Assembly (NCBI RefSeq): GCF_001447785.1
Contig: NW_015163678.1
Location: 143,410 to 207,409, forward strand
Reading direction: 5' to 3'
DNA: 64,000 bases
DNA from: Gekko japonicus
Taxonomy: Eukaryota
Position 1 is the stretch's first letter, and each line of letters opens with the position of its first letter. A program made the position numbers and the translations under genes. Shown piece after piece: positions 48,896-61,100 of this stretch. A model generated the notes under the pieces. That model was not told the origin of the DNA and did not search any database. It was given only the letters and a program-made list of their open reading frames with translations.

Positions 48896-49093
48896 TAGGG
48901 CTGCCAAATGCCCCTGGGGGCGGATTTCCCCCCCGCTTTCGAGCCCCGATTTCCGCCCCCGCGGAATTGGGGCCCGGGGGAAACCCCACCCCCGCGTGCA
49001 CGTCACCCGGATGTGACGTAGGTGCGGCGCACGCATACCGGGAGATAGCCTGGGGTCCCCCATCGAGGAGGTAAGAGACATTTGGCAACCCTA
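48896..49093. mobile_element. CpG-rich hAT MITE (198 bp) nested in a SINE head
   Basis: TIR TAGGGCTGCCAAA / TTTGGCAACCCTA; perfect TSD GGTTAGGA; SINE A-box region GGAGTGGTTAGGAGC is restored when it is removed. Confidence 0.88.
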
Positions 49094-49736
49094 GGTTAGG
49101 AGCATGGACTCTAATCTGGGAGAACCGGGTTTGATCCCCCACATTTCCACATGCAGTTGCTGAGTGACCTTGGGCAAGCCACAGTTCTGTCAGAGCAGTT
49201 CTTTCAAGAGTAGCTCTTTCAGAGCTCTCTCAGCCCCACCTACTTCACAGGGTGTCTGTTGTGGGGAGAGGAAGGGAAGGAAATCTACATATTGGAGAAA
49301 AGAGATGTTCCAAAGTTGCTTGGTGCTTAGTGGTGTGAAGTGACAAATCTTCTGGATCCGTAGCTGTTTAAAGGGCAGAAACAGAGTGAAGGGATGAAAT
49401 ATAACAGGAGTTCAATGGCACCTTAAAGAGTAACCAAATTTATTCCAACTTTTGTGAGCTCACTTCATCAGATGCATGTCCATTCATTAGGCAGAATTTT
49501 TTAATACTGAAAGAAATGACTTGACACAGGAAGGAAGTGAACAGGCCACAATACGGCAAATGAGATTCAATGTACATACAAAGTTATTATTATTATTTAT
49601 GGTTTAATTCAATTTTTGACTCCCTTCCCCTGCTAATACAATAATAAACCAATTAAAACAATTTAAAACATAAGTAGCAACAGTCAAATGGCACATAAAC
49701 AATGCAATCTCATCTGAGAAAAGCTTTGACCACATC

Positions 49737-49955
49737 TGGGGTTGCCAGCTCCGGGTTGGAAAATACCTGGATACCTTGGGGGTGGATCCAGGAGAGGGTG
49801 GGGTTTGGGAAGGGGAAGGGCCTCAGCATGGTGCAATGCCATAGAGTCCACCCTTCAAAGCAGCCATTTTCTCCAGGGGGGCTGATCTCTCTTAGCTGGA
49901 GATCAGTTGTAAAAGTGGGAGATCTCCAGGCCCCACCTGGAGGCTGGCAACCCTA
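49737..49955. mobile_element. hAT MITE (219 bp), TAGGGTTGCCA family
   Basis: TIR TGGGGTTGCCAG / CTGGCAACCCTA; TSD ACCACATC. Confidence 0.85.
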
Positions 49956-50019
49956 ACCACATCAAAAGCTGGGGCTGGGGGAACATCCACAAGAGAAGCA
50001 GCAGGAAGAGGGCCCATCG

Positions 50020-51375
50020 GGTGGTGTTCTTTTTCACCTCAGTAAGGAGCCTTGGCCATAGGCCTGGTGGAACAGCTTTGTTTTACAGGCCCTGCAGAAC
50101 TGTAAAAGATCTTATAGGGCCCGAATTTCAGCCGGAAGAGCATTTTACCGAGAAGGCTCTGGCTCTGGTCAAGGCTAATTAGATGCTCCTTGGTCCAGGA
50201 ACCAATAAAAGATCTTTATCCTGTGAGCACAGAGCTCTTGGGGGGGGGAAGTATACCAGGAGAGGCGGTCCCAAAGGTATGTTGGTCCCACACTGTGTAG
50301 GGATTTAAAGGTTAAAACCAAAACCTTAAACTTGATTCAGTGTTCAATCTGGAGCCAGTGCAGCTGGTGGAACTCACTGGCTGAATATGTGCTATAACCA
50401 GAGTTCCGGTGAGAACTTGCGCCATTGCATTCTGGAGCAGCTGAAGCTTTCTGGTCAGTCTCAAGGGTAGCCCTGCATAGAGTGAGTTACAGTAGTCAAG
50501 TCTGGAGGTGACCGTTGCATGGATCACTGTGGCTAAGTCAGGGCAAGACAGGAAGGGGGCTAGCTACCTGACCTGGCGCAAATGTAAAAATGCCATTGAA
50601 AGGGAGGCATCCACAATCACCCGCCATTGGCACTGATGTTAGATGTGCTTTGTCAAGAGTTGGGAGTTGGCAGCCCAAACCTGAGTCTCCCTGACTCAGC
50701 CACAGGACCTCGGTCTTTGATGGATTTAGTTTCAGCCGGCTCTGTTTCAACCATCAAAACACAGCTCTCAACCCCTCTGCCAGACTTTTGGGGCGGAGCC
50801 CGGCTGGCCATCCATCAACAGGTATAGCTGGGTGTCATCAGCATACTGGCGGCAACCCAGCCCAAAGTTCCATACCAACTGGGCACTTTCCCTATGAGGA
50901 AAGGTTAAAGCGCTTAGGGCTCTTTAGCTTGGAGAAACGACGACTGAGGGGTGTAACGATATGAGCTTATGTTTGTATTTCTGTATAGTGGTGATGCTGC
51001 TTATGTGTGTCTCTAGCATGAATACCTATGCAATATGTATTCAGGGATTGCTGTAATTAGATAAGCATATGGAGCAGAGGTCCGTCAGTGGATATTAGCC
51101 ACAAGGTATAGATAGGGGTTCTGGGGCAAGTGATGCTCTGTCATCTTGGTGCTTGGGGGGGGGGTCAACAGTGGGAGGGCTTCTAATGTCCTGGCCCCAC
51201 TGGCGGACCTCCTGATGGCACTGGTATTTCTGGCCACTGTGGGATACAGAGTGTTGGACTGGATGGGCCTTTGGCCTGATCCAACATTGGCATCTCTTAT
51301 GTTCTTATGGGCAAGGGGGAGCATATAGATGTTAAATAAAATTGGGGAGAGAATAGCCCCGGGGGACACCACATA
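50020..51375 (-). mobile_element. L2 fragment interrupted by a + strand CR1 3' fragment (~50881-51305)
   Basis: HATVTSRLDYCNSLYAGLPL, LKLNPSKTE, QYADDTQLY and GAILSPILFNIYM on the minus strand; the CR1 piece CCCTATGAGGAAAGG...TCTTATGTTCTTATG lies between. Confidence 0.8.
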
Positions 51376-52344
51376 CCAATGGGTATTATGGTGAAACCCT
51401 CTCTCCTAGTGCCACCCTCTGTTCCCGACCTTGGAGAAATGAGATGAACCACTTCAAAGAGTGTACTTTGGAGTAAAAATATTTTAGTGCCTGATGTTCG
51501 CCACCTGGGGTCCCTATTTAGGTTGAAAGGTGACATATAAATGTTTTACATAAACAAATACAGAAATTCTAACTTCATAAACATGCTAATAGGGTCTGAC
51601 TTGGCAATAAACACCCAGAAAAGATTAAAGCCAGCATAGTGTCGTTAGTGTGTAGGACTAGGATATGAGAGATTCAGGTTTGAATCCTTGCTCTGCCATG
51701 GAAGCTCACTGACCTTCATCCAGTCACACATTCTCAGCCAAACAGGACTGCCAGCTCTGGGTTGGGAAATACCTAGAGATTTTGGGGGTGGAGCCTGCGA
51801 AAGGTGGGGTTTGAGGAGGGGAGGAACTTCATTGGGATATAATGCCATAGAGCCCACCTTCCAAAGCAGCCATTTTATCCAGGCGTACTGATCTCTGTTG
51901 TCTGGGGATTAGTGGTAGTAGCAGGAAATCTCTAGCCACCACCACCTGGAGGTTGGCAATCCTATTTAAGCCAAACCTACCTTGCAGGATTGTTGTGAGG
52001 ATAAAATGGAGGAGAGCATAATGATGTAAGGAACCCCATTGTGGAGACTGCAGTAAATAAAAAACAGGGAGATGGACTAGATGACCATGGAGGTCCCTTC
52101 CAACTCTATGATTCTATAAAACAAAATACATTACTCTGTATAGTAGTATTGGGGTGGGTACACAGTTGGTAATTATTGGTAAAGTGACTGCAAATAAAAA
52201 TGCTATTGTCAAAAGCTGCTCCTTTGTGTGAGGGGAGACAGCTGCAGTATGAATGGAGAATTAACTGAATGATGTGGAGAGTTGATAGAAATCTTTATCC
52301 ATGGTAGCCACACCATGAAATTGATCAGCAGTATGTTCAGAACA

Positions 52345-53535
52345 AATTACCAGCCGGTTTCCAATTTGCCCTATTTGGGCAAACTAATTGAGAGGGCAGT
52401 GGCAATCCAGTTACAGGGTTTTTTGGATGACACTTCCACATTAGATCCCTTCCAGTCCAGCTTCCGACAGAGACAGCAGTGGTCGCCCTCACAGATGACC
52501 TTCTGAGGCATCTGGATCGGGGCAGTTTGGTGGTGTTGCTGTTGTTAGACCTGTTAGTGGCGTTTGACATGGTCGACACTGGGATTCAGGGGTCTGCCTT
52601 GCAATGGCTTTCCTTGTGCCTTCAGGATTGGGGACAAAGGGTGGCCTTAGGGGAATAGCTGTCCCAAAGGCACCCGCTAGTTTGCAGAGTGCCTCAAGGG
52701 GCAGTACTTTTCCCCATGCTATTTAACATCTACATGCACCCCCTTGTCCAGATTGCCCGGAGACACTGGCTGGGATGTCACCAATATGCGGATGACACCC
52801 AGCTCTATCTGCTGTCAGGTAGCCAGTCTGACTCCAGATTGGAAGATCTGGACCTGGTGCTGGTTGGCTTAGACTAAATCGACTGAAATAGAATCTGATG
52901 AATACAGAGGTCCTGTGCGTGAGTTGAGATGGTCCGAGGGTAGGGATCCCACTCCCATCCTTTGATGGGGTGCCATTGGTGCCAGTGCTGGACGTCAGGA
53001 GCTTGGGAGTACTCCTGGATGCCTCCCTAACGATGGCTGATCAGGCAGTTGGTTCCCTTCCTCAAACGCAACAATTTGGCAACAGTGATTCATGCTATGG
53101 TCACCTCAAGATTGGATTACTGTAATGCTCTTATGGGGCTGCCCATATTCGGAAGCTGCTGCTGGTGCAGAATGCAATGGCCAGGCTTTTGTTGGGTCTC
53201 CCTATGCGGGAGCAGATTCAACCTGCGCTAAAAGCATTGTACTGGCTGCCCATAGCATTCCGAATTCACTTCAAGGTGCTGATTCTCACCTTTAAAGCCC
53301 TTTATGGCCAGGAGCCTACCTACCTGAGGGACCACCTACAATCAGGGTCCCAAAACCGCCTCGCTCTCCCAGGTCTTAGAGATGCCAGGCTGGCTACGGC
53401 AAGTGCCAGGGCCTTTTCAGTGGCGGCTCTGCACTGGTGGAACAAACTCCTGGAAGATCTCAGAGCCCTGTGGGACCTTTTACAGTTCCGCAGGGCCAGT
53501 AAGACGGAGGTCTTCCACTGGGCCTTCAATTAAGC
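52345..53535 (+). mobile_element. Degenerate L2 LINE RT-to-3' fragment
   Basis: NYQPVSNLPYLGK, PQGAVLFPMLFNIY, HQYADDTQLY and SRLDYCNAL across several frames. Confidence 0.85.
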
Positions 53536-54539
53536 AGCCACCCCTAATAAATTAAGGCTCTGGCCCCAATACCATCGATATCGCCAATACCATAACTGAT
53601 ACCCGAGCTCTGCCGAAACTGCCTGGACTAAGAGATCATCATTAAATCGCTGACTGTACTCCTATTATGCTGATACTACCAACGCTTCACCATCATTATA
53701 TGCTAGCACTTTATGTCATGTTTTTACTCATATTTATATTCTGACTTGTTTACAAATTTTTATGTAAGCCGACCTAAGCCTGCTTTGGCGGGGCATAAAT
53801 CAAATCATTCAATAAATAAGGATGCCAGCCTCCAGGCGGGCCCTGGGGATTCCACAGAATTACAGCTCATTTCCAGACTACAGACATCAGTTCCCCTGGA
53901 GAAAATGGATGCTTTGGAGGGTGGACTCTACGATATCCTACCTGACTGAGATCCCTGTCCTCACCAGGCGCCAGCCTCAAACCTCCAGTTTTTCAACCTG
54001 GATCTGGCAACCATATGCTCTACTCTTCTAATGAATTATGCACTTTATTGCACGAGAATGTCCTGACTGCCAGTGTGAGAGTACTGTAACCAGTGCTGGC
54101 TTTACAAAAGAAATCAGACAAATGTATTGCCAAACATTAGCCCTAAAATAGGCCCCTGTGATGGGGGGGGGGGGACTTCACCAACCATTACATATAGGTG
54201 GCATTGGACTCAAACTTTGTTCTGTTGTTTCAGACCAACACGCCTACCCATCTGACTCTGTGTTCAGTGGCAGTATACCTCAGAAATGGGAGATGCTAGC
54301 ATTATACAGTGGCTGGTGCCTTTATGACTCGCTTGTGGCTTCCTCCCCAAGGCACTGTTGGAAAGAGATTGCTGGACTACAGGGGTCTTTGCTCTGAACC
54401 AAGTAGGACTGTTCTTACTGGGAATTAACAGCCCCATCCTCCTTGGAGCTGCACCACAGCATAAAATAAGACAGAAGTCCGTAGCACCTTAAATTTATAC
54501 CATCATAAAATTTTGTGAGTCAGAGCTCACTTCATCACT

Positions 54540-55120
54540 TGCACGGCGTAAAGGTCGAACGAGAGGCTCCTGCCTGTTCGCAACCTTACAAGACAGCCCA
54601 CGCCAGCTTTCAGGCCTCTCCCGGAAGCTGCCAGACATCCTTGCCGGCAAGTTGCCATGGAAACAGAACGTAGCGCAGCAGCGGCGCTATTCTTCCTGAG
54701 TGAAATCATTCGTCCCTACCCACCGGCTACGACTCTTTTTTATATACCAAGAAGGCCACCGTAAGAGACGGAGGCGGGAACAAGCCGTACTGAGACTGGC
54801 GGAAATGAAACGTCGCTGGCGTAAAACACACGTTTAAGGATTTTTGGCGCATGCGCCGGGTGACGTACGACCGGACTGGCGTTGTCTGTCCTAGGCGGGA
54901 GATCTTCGCGTTGAAGGCGCGCGCTTTTTTCTTTTCTTCGGCGCTGGCAGGCGGGTGGCGGCCATGAGTCTTTGGGTAGATAAGTACCGGCCGAGCTCGC
55001 TCAGCAAACTGGACTATCACCGGGAGCAGGCGGCGCAGCTTCGCAACCTGGTGAGAAGTGGCTGCAGAAGGCGGGCTCTCGGGGGCACCCGGTCTCCCTT
55101 CCCTACCGCCCCGATTCTGG
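54540..55120 (+). promoter_or_regulatory. RFC3 CpG-island promoter / 5'UTR with E2F, NRF1, CRE, ETS and RFX motifs
   Basis: CCGGAAG 54621; X-box GTTGCCATGGAAAC 54651-54664; GGCGGGAA 54773-54780; TTTGGCGC 54843-54850; GCGCATGCGC 54847-54856; TGACGT 54861-54866; strong Kozak GCCATG at 54961-54966. Confidence 0.85.
54964..55050 (+). CDS. RFC3: RFC3 coding exon 1 ([29 protein letters not shown])
   Basis: RFC box WVDKYRP; donor CTG|GTGAGA. Confidence 0.96.
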
Positions 55121-58100
55121 ACCATTTATTTATCACTACTTATTATTTTTCATTAACCTTACTTCAGTGACATAGCACGATCCTAAAGTTTGTGAAGTCA
55201 AAATTGGTTCCCTGGAATACGTGCAGTAAAGAAAAAAGTACTTCTGAGCGTGTGCAGAGTGTTCCACCCTAATTCATAATCCGTTCATAATCCGTGTAAT
55301 CAAAGAGCTATGCTTCCAGGGTATGCCTATGCAGCTATAAGCTTTGGTACGGCAGTCTGAGTCAAATAGTAAGACCTGGTTTACACATGCAGGAGAATGA
55401 AGTGGCAGATCCGTGAGGTGTAGGAGATGGATTCACCTGTGAATGTTCCTTCATATAACGGGCTTGGTACGAATACAGAACTAGCAGGAAGAAAAAGTTC
55501 CAAAGCAGCCCCACTGCCTAATCTGCTGTTTTATTGTCACAAATATGACCTCTCCCCCCCCACCTTTGGAAGTGGTACAGTCTATTCTGCTGCTTTGTGC
55601 TTCTGCAGGTGTGAACCAGGCCTAAGGCTACAGTCCTGTGCAAACTTAATTGCCTGTAATGTTCCTACTTGCTTCTGAGTAATCAGGCATAGGGTCAGGC
55701 TTCAAATCCAGGGCAAATTTAAGGATGCTTAATCACATGTCATTCAGCAGCTTCTTCTCCCCCCCCCCCCCCAGCTTTATTCTCTCTGACCCTAGATGGT
55801 ATTGCTTATGTTGAGAGCTTGCTTATAGAAAGGTGATATATCCCAGGGTACCTGCCTGAGCATTTATTTACTGCTATCCTGGTGTCTCTGGATAGATGTG
55901 TGGTATGCCTGAAATGAAGTATGAATATATTGTGTACTCCTGCTGTGAAATATGCAGGTTTTCCATTGCAAAGCTAAGCAGAAAGTGAAGAGCTGTGGAA
56001 TTAAAATAGTTCATTTGACAAAGAGTCCAAGCTTGGACTTCTTGTGATGCATGACAGACCTGCTACTGGAATGCAAGATGTATTAACCCCAAACTAAACT
56101 GAGTATTGTTCTAAGTGTATGTACCTTGGCACTGTGAACTGTTGGATCCTAAAACATCCCTTATGGTTCATAGAGTGGCAGCTCTACTTTATAAATGTAT
56201 TTATTTATTTATTATTTTGATTTATAGCCTTCCCTCCCCGCAAGACTAGGTAGGGTGCTCAGGCCAAGCAATGAGTTTAAAAGCACCATCCTATGTGTGT
56301 AATCCTGTGCATAACAAAGAGTCAATCTGGGTTCATGTCTGGAATGTTGGGTTTTGCCTAGCTAGTCTTCAGTTTAAATCTCTGCCTACCTATGAACTGT
56401 TGCAGTCTCTTCACCAAATCTGCTTCACACGGCTGTTAGGCTACAAGAAGGGTAGGGAATCCTGTATATGCTATATGGAGGTATACGTGTAGATGGGGTG
56501 TTCTTAAGATTGCAACCTTACGGGTCTCATTTTAACTTGTTGATTTGAGTGGCACTTAGCTTCAATGTAAAGATGCTTGGGATTGCCACGTAAGCCTGCC
56601 AGCCTGAGCCACATTCTGCAGTCTTTCCCACTGCTTCAACGTGCTGTGCTCCGTTACTGTTGAAGTAACTAAAAGTACTGTTTTTGTAAAAGTGGTATGA
56701 GAAAGTGTTTGTCAAGGTGTGCACCAGTAACAAATTTTCTTTGTTTTTTAAATAATTTTGCTTGTAACCATAAGTAACCACTGCTAGAGTTTTCCTGTAT
56801 TTTGTTGACAGGTTCAGTGTGGCGACTTTCCTCATCTGTTAGTGTATGGACCCTCAGGCGCAGGAAAAAAGACCAGAATAATGTGTTTGCTGAGGGAGTT
56901 GTATGGCGCTGGAGTAGAGAAGCTGAGAATTGAGCATCAAAATATAACAGTAAGAATTTCTCATGAAAATGACTCTTTATGTGTAAAAAATATGATGTCT
57001 TTCAACAGGATATTGCTGTTTAACAGGCTGCTTTTTAAAATGAACATATTTAAAAACATTGCACTGCATACAGAGTTTCTTCAGTCATATGGTGAAGATC
57101 CTTGTGTTGTGGCGACAGCTGCTGTCAAAACAGCTCTTTAAAAATCTGCACAGCCAATCAGATCTCCAGTGGTCAGTCAGAGGGCCAGCTGGGCAACAAC
57201 CTCCCCTGCCCCCACCCCTCTTTCTAAAAGCACTTGACAGGCCACCAGGAAAGGTATCCGTGGCTCTTGTGGTTCCCGCAGGCACCATGTTATGAATCCC
57301 TGGCTTAGGGTGTTTCATTATCCTCAAATTTCAAAGGCAGGTAGTAAGATTCTGTTGGCATAGGCATAGAAGGGAGTGTAAAGATTACCACTTTGTAACA
57401 AATTAGGTCAGAATGATGATGATTCAGTGTTTTCCGTAAGGAATCTCTGATTGATATGAACTAGGTGAGATCTGTAATTACCATCACAGTAAAGGTACGG
57501 CTTCAGTGCCTTACACGTCAAGAGTGTTTTTGATGTAATATGCAGTGTTCTAATTATTAGTGCCAAAAACGAAGTGAAACAAATGATGATTCAACTGACA
57601 GTACATTAAGAGCTTGTAGCCACCTTGTGAGAATACGGAAGCACAGTGGTATGCGCCATCTGTGATGTAGTGAATGCAGTAGTTGCTTCAGGACTCATAC
57701 AGCCAGCACTATACTATGTATCATGCTCCAGTAACTTTTTCAGTAGACACCTCTGTTTACAGGTGTATTAAGGAGAGACTGTAGCTCAGTGGTAGAGCAT
57801 CTACTAAGCAAGTAGAAGGTCCCAATTTCAGGGATCCAATAGTAGGTGATGTGAAAGACCTTGACCTGAGACCTTTGAGAGCCTTTATCAGTCTTCATAG
57901 ATGTACTGACCTTGATGGACTGACTGTCTAATTTCAGTGTAAGACAGCTTCAGTGCTTTACCTTTACCCTCTGGTTTCACTTTACATTTTTAGCCCTTGC
58001 ATTTGTTACAGTTTCATGTGTTTCTCTGTATCTTGCTCCCCCCCCCCCCTTTGCTTTAGAGATGTTCTTGAATTTGGGGTTTCTTCTCTGGTGCACTGAA

Positions 58101-61100
58101 ATATCTTTGTTCTCCTTTCAAGCTGTGTGTGTATCTCTGTGTCTCAACAATTTTCCTGTTACCTATGGTTTTGATGCCACCAGGTCCTAAAACTATTACA
58201 GCCTCTTTCATTTTGAGCAGGTGGCAGTGAATTCTGTACTCTTCATATGTGAATGCCCACTGATTTCAGTTAAGTCTTTCAAGCATTGACCTGCTAAGTT
58301 TAATTGTATTTAGTATTTTTACATTTCAGGCACCTTCCAAAAAGAAAATTGAAATTAGTACTATTGCAAGCAACTATCACCTTGAAGTTAACCCAAGGTA
58401 ACTCACGATAAAAAAGGTTTGTGTTAATACAGGCTGTAGAAAAGATAGAATTCTACATTTACAAACTAAGTTTTTAAAAACCCTGAAACAAATTTTCAAG
58501 AAATATTAGTTAGACAGAGAAGAAATTTTCAAAAGAACTAGAAATGTTTGGATTAATGCAAAGACAGTTTGAGCCAGCTAAAGGTGCTGTTTTATTTATT
58601 ACCAGTTGTCTTGCATGGATGTTGGATCTTGAACATCTTGAGCTTCTGTTTTAGTGTGGATTCTGGAATGTTAACTAGAAACTGCCTAGAGCCATTTCCT
58701 GCAAAAAATGTTTCTACCAAAGAGCTGAAGTCCAGTGATAATATGCTGTAATAATATGATTTGGTCTTTCTTAGAATATGTCAAGCTCATGATTTTTAAC
58801 CTGAAAGACAAAATGTTGGCAAAGGGGCCTTAAAGTCTGTATTTTGTTTCATCTTTAGTATGTACTCTAAATGCTTTTGTATTCCTCATCATCTGGGGTC
58901 TTGGTGTTTAAGTTTCAAACAGATTAGTGTACATGCTAGTTTTTACTCCAGTGTGTCTTTGCAGATCAGGGAGATTTATGTGCACAGAGTACTCCTTATA
59001 TGAGCAAAGAGATTCCTTGTTTTATTTATATAACTATTTATACTCTGCCTTTCCTACTATCGGTGGTGGCCCAAAATAGGTTACGGTGTGCTCTGATGTT
59101 GCTGACAACTCTGCATACACACCCTCTTATGTCCTCTGCGCAGCAAAGCTAAGACATTTATGCTTACATGTACTCACTGGTGTTCCCTGTGCAGTAGTTC
59201 TATGCCAGAACCTGTATACAGTAGGTGAAGTCGTGTGCACACTTAGAGGGGAGTAAACCCCATTGAACCAGCTGAGATTTACTTCAAAGTCAGCAAACAT
59301 GGGATTAGACGAAATACCTTGTACTTGGTGTGACAAATCCCCCCAAAAGTGTTTGTATCTGAACTTTCTTTAGTGATGCAGGAAACAGTGACCGGGTGGT
59401 GATTCAGGAATTACTGAAGACAGTAGCACAATCACAGCAACTTGAAACAAGCACTCAACGAGATTTTAAAGGTCTGTAAATGAGAAGTACACTTGTATTT
59501 TTAAAAAAGTCTCTAAATGGGTGATACAAGATTAAACATGTACTTAGTTTTGGTTCTCTCTTTCACATTTATATTCTCCAACTCGTTTTGTGTCCTGTTT
59601 AGAGATGTAAAATTTCTAGAAATTTTGAAGATGGGGGGGAACAGGTTGAACTGGGCTGTTCATGTTAGCTATACCAGTAGCACCACCTTATACTCTGTTC
59701 TGACACTTGCAGAGGTGTGGAAGCTGCTTCCATCTCAGACTCTTACTACTAGGGACTCTGTGTGAATAGTCTTAACTACATGGTGAGGCTGGTCACACTG
59801 GTTTTCCCGCAGCTGTTACTTTCCCCTTTGTGGTAGAAAAGATGCATGCAAGTGGTTGGAATATCTCCATAGAGTGCCCAGCTTCATGAGAGTATATTGT
59901 AAAACGGAGACCCACTATACTAATTATGTGAAAGAGGACCTCAGTGGAAAAAAAACAGAGTGGAAAGAATTTTTCCCTGGTCATGGAAAGTGCCGTCAAG
60001 TCACAGCGAACTTGTGGTGACCCCTAAGGGTTTTCAAGGCAAGAGATATTCTGAGGTGGTCTGCCATTGCCTGCCTCTGTGCATTCCTCGGTGGTCTACA
60101 TCCAAGTACTAACCAGGGCTGACCCTGCTTCATTTCTGAGATCTGAGGAAATCGGACTAGTCTGGGCCATTCAGATCAGGAAATTTTTCCTCCTGGTCCA
60201 TTGTATTTGACTTCTGATAATAGCATTATTAAAGTTCACTGTGCGTTTAGCGTCCTAAAAGATAACTTTTTGTTTGGTTTTAGTGGTGTTGTTGACAGAA
60301 GTGGACAAACTTACCAAAGATGCCCAGCATGCATTGCGACGGACCATGGAGAAGTATATGGCCACCTGTAGATTAATTCTGTGCTGCAATTCCACATCAA
60401 AAGTCATTGCACCTATCAGAAGCAGGTGCTTGGCAGTGCGTGTGCCGGCCCCCAGCACTGAAGATGTAGGCTTTTGACAAATGTGAACTAATTATCCAGT
60501 GCCGTTTCAGCAAATATGTTATTAATATATGAAATGTTTGCAACAGGTTTTAATTTTTGTTTTAGGAAGGATGGTTCAGTGTCTTTATTTCTTTTTTGGT
60601 TTCCAAGCTTCTTTTTTTTTTGGTCTAACTACGAGTGTCTAAAGGTAATACTTAGAGTCTACGCAGCACTTTTATAAGAACTGAGCACACTTCATACACA
60701 CATTTAGTAATTTTTGCAACCTTGTAAATGACTGATAGGTGCCCATATTACAGTTTGTTTGTTTATTATTCACTTATTTCATTTATAGCCTGTCTTTCTC
60801 CCCAGTGGGGACCCAAAGCAGCTTACATTTGTTCTCCTCTCCTTTTATCCTCACAACAACTGCCCTATGAAATAGGTTAGGCTGAGATCATGTGACTTTT
60901 GGCCAAGGTCACCCAGCAAGCTTCTGTGGCAGTGTGGAGATTTGAAACTGGGTCTCCCAAATGCTAACCACTGTACCAGACTGGCTCAAAATAGTGCTGG
61001 TGGGGATCTTGAAGAGTGCCACCAAAGAGATAATAACTAAGTTCAGATTTGGATATAATGTGTGGAGATCAGATTTGATACTGTTAACCACCATGGTTCA

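Noticed and set aside
57772-57840. tRNA gene
   Set aside because: Only the A-box/D-arm resembles tRNA; no cloverleaf, and it continues into a SINE body.
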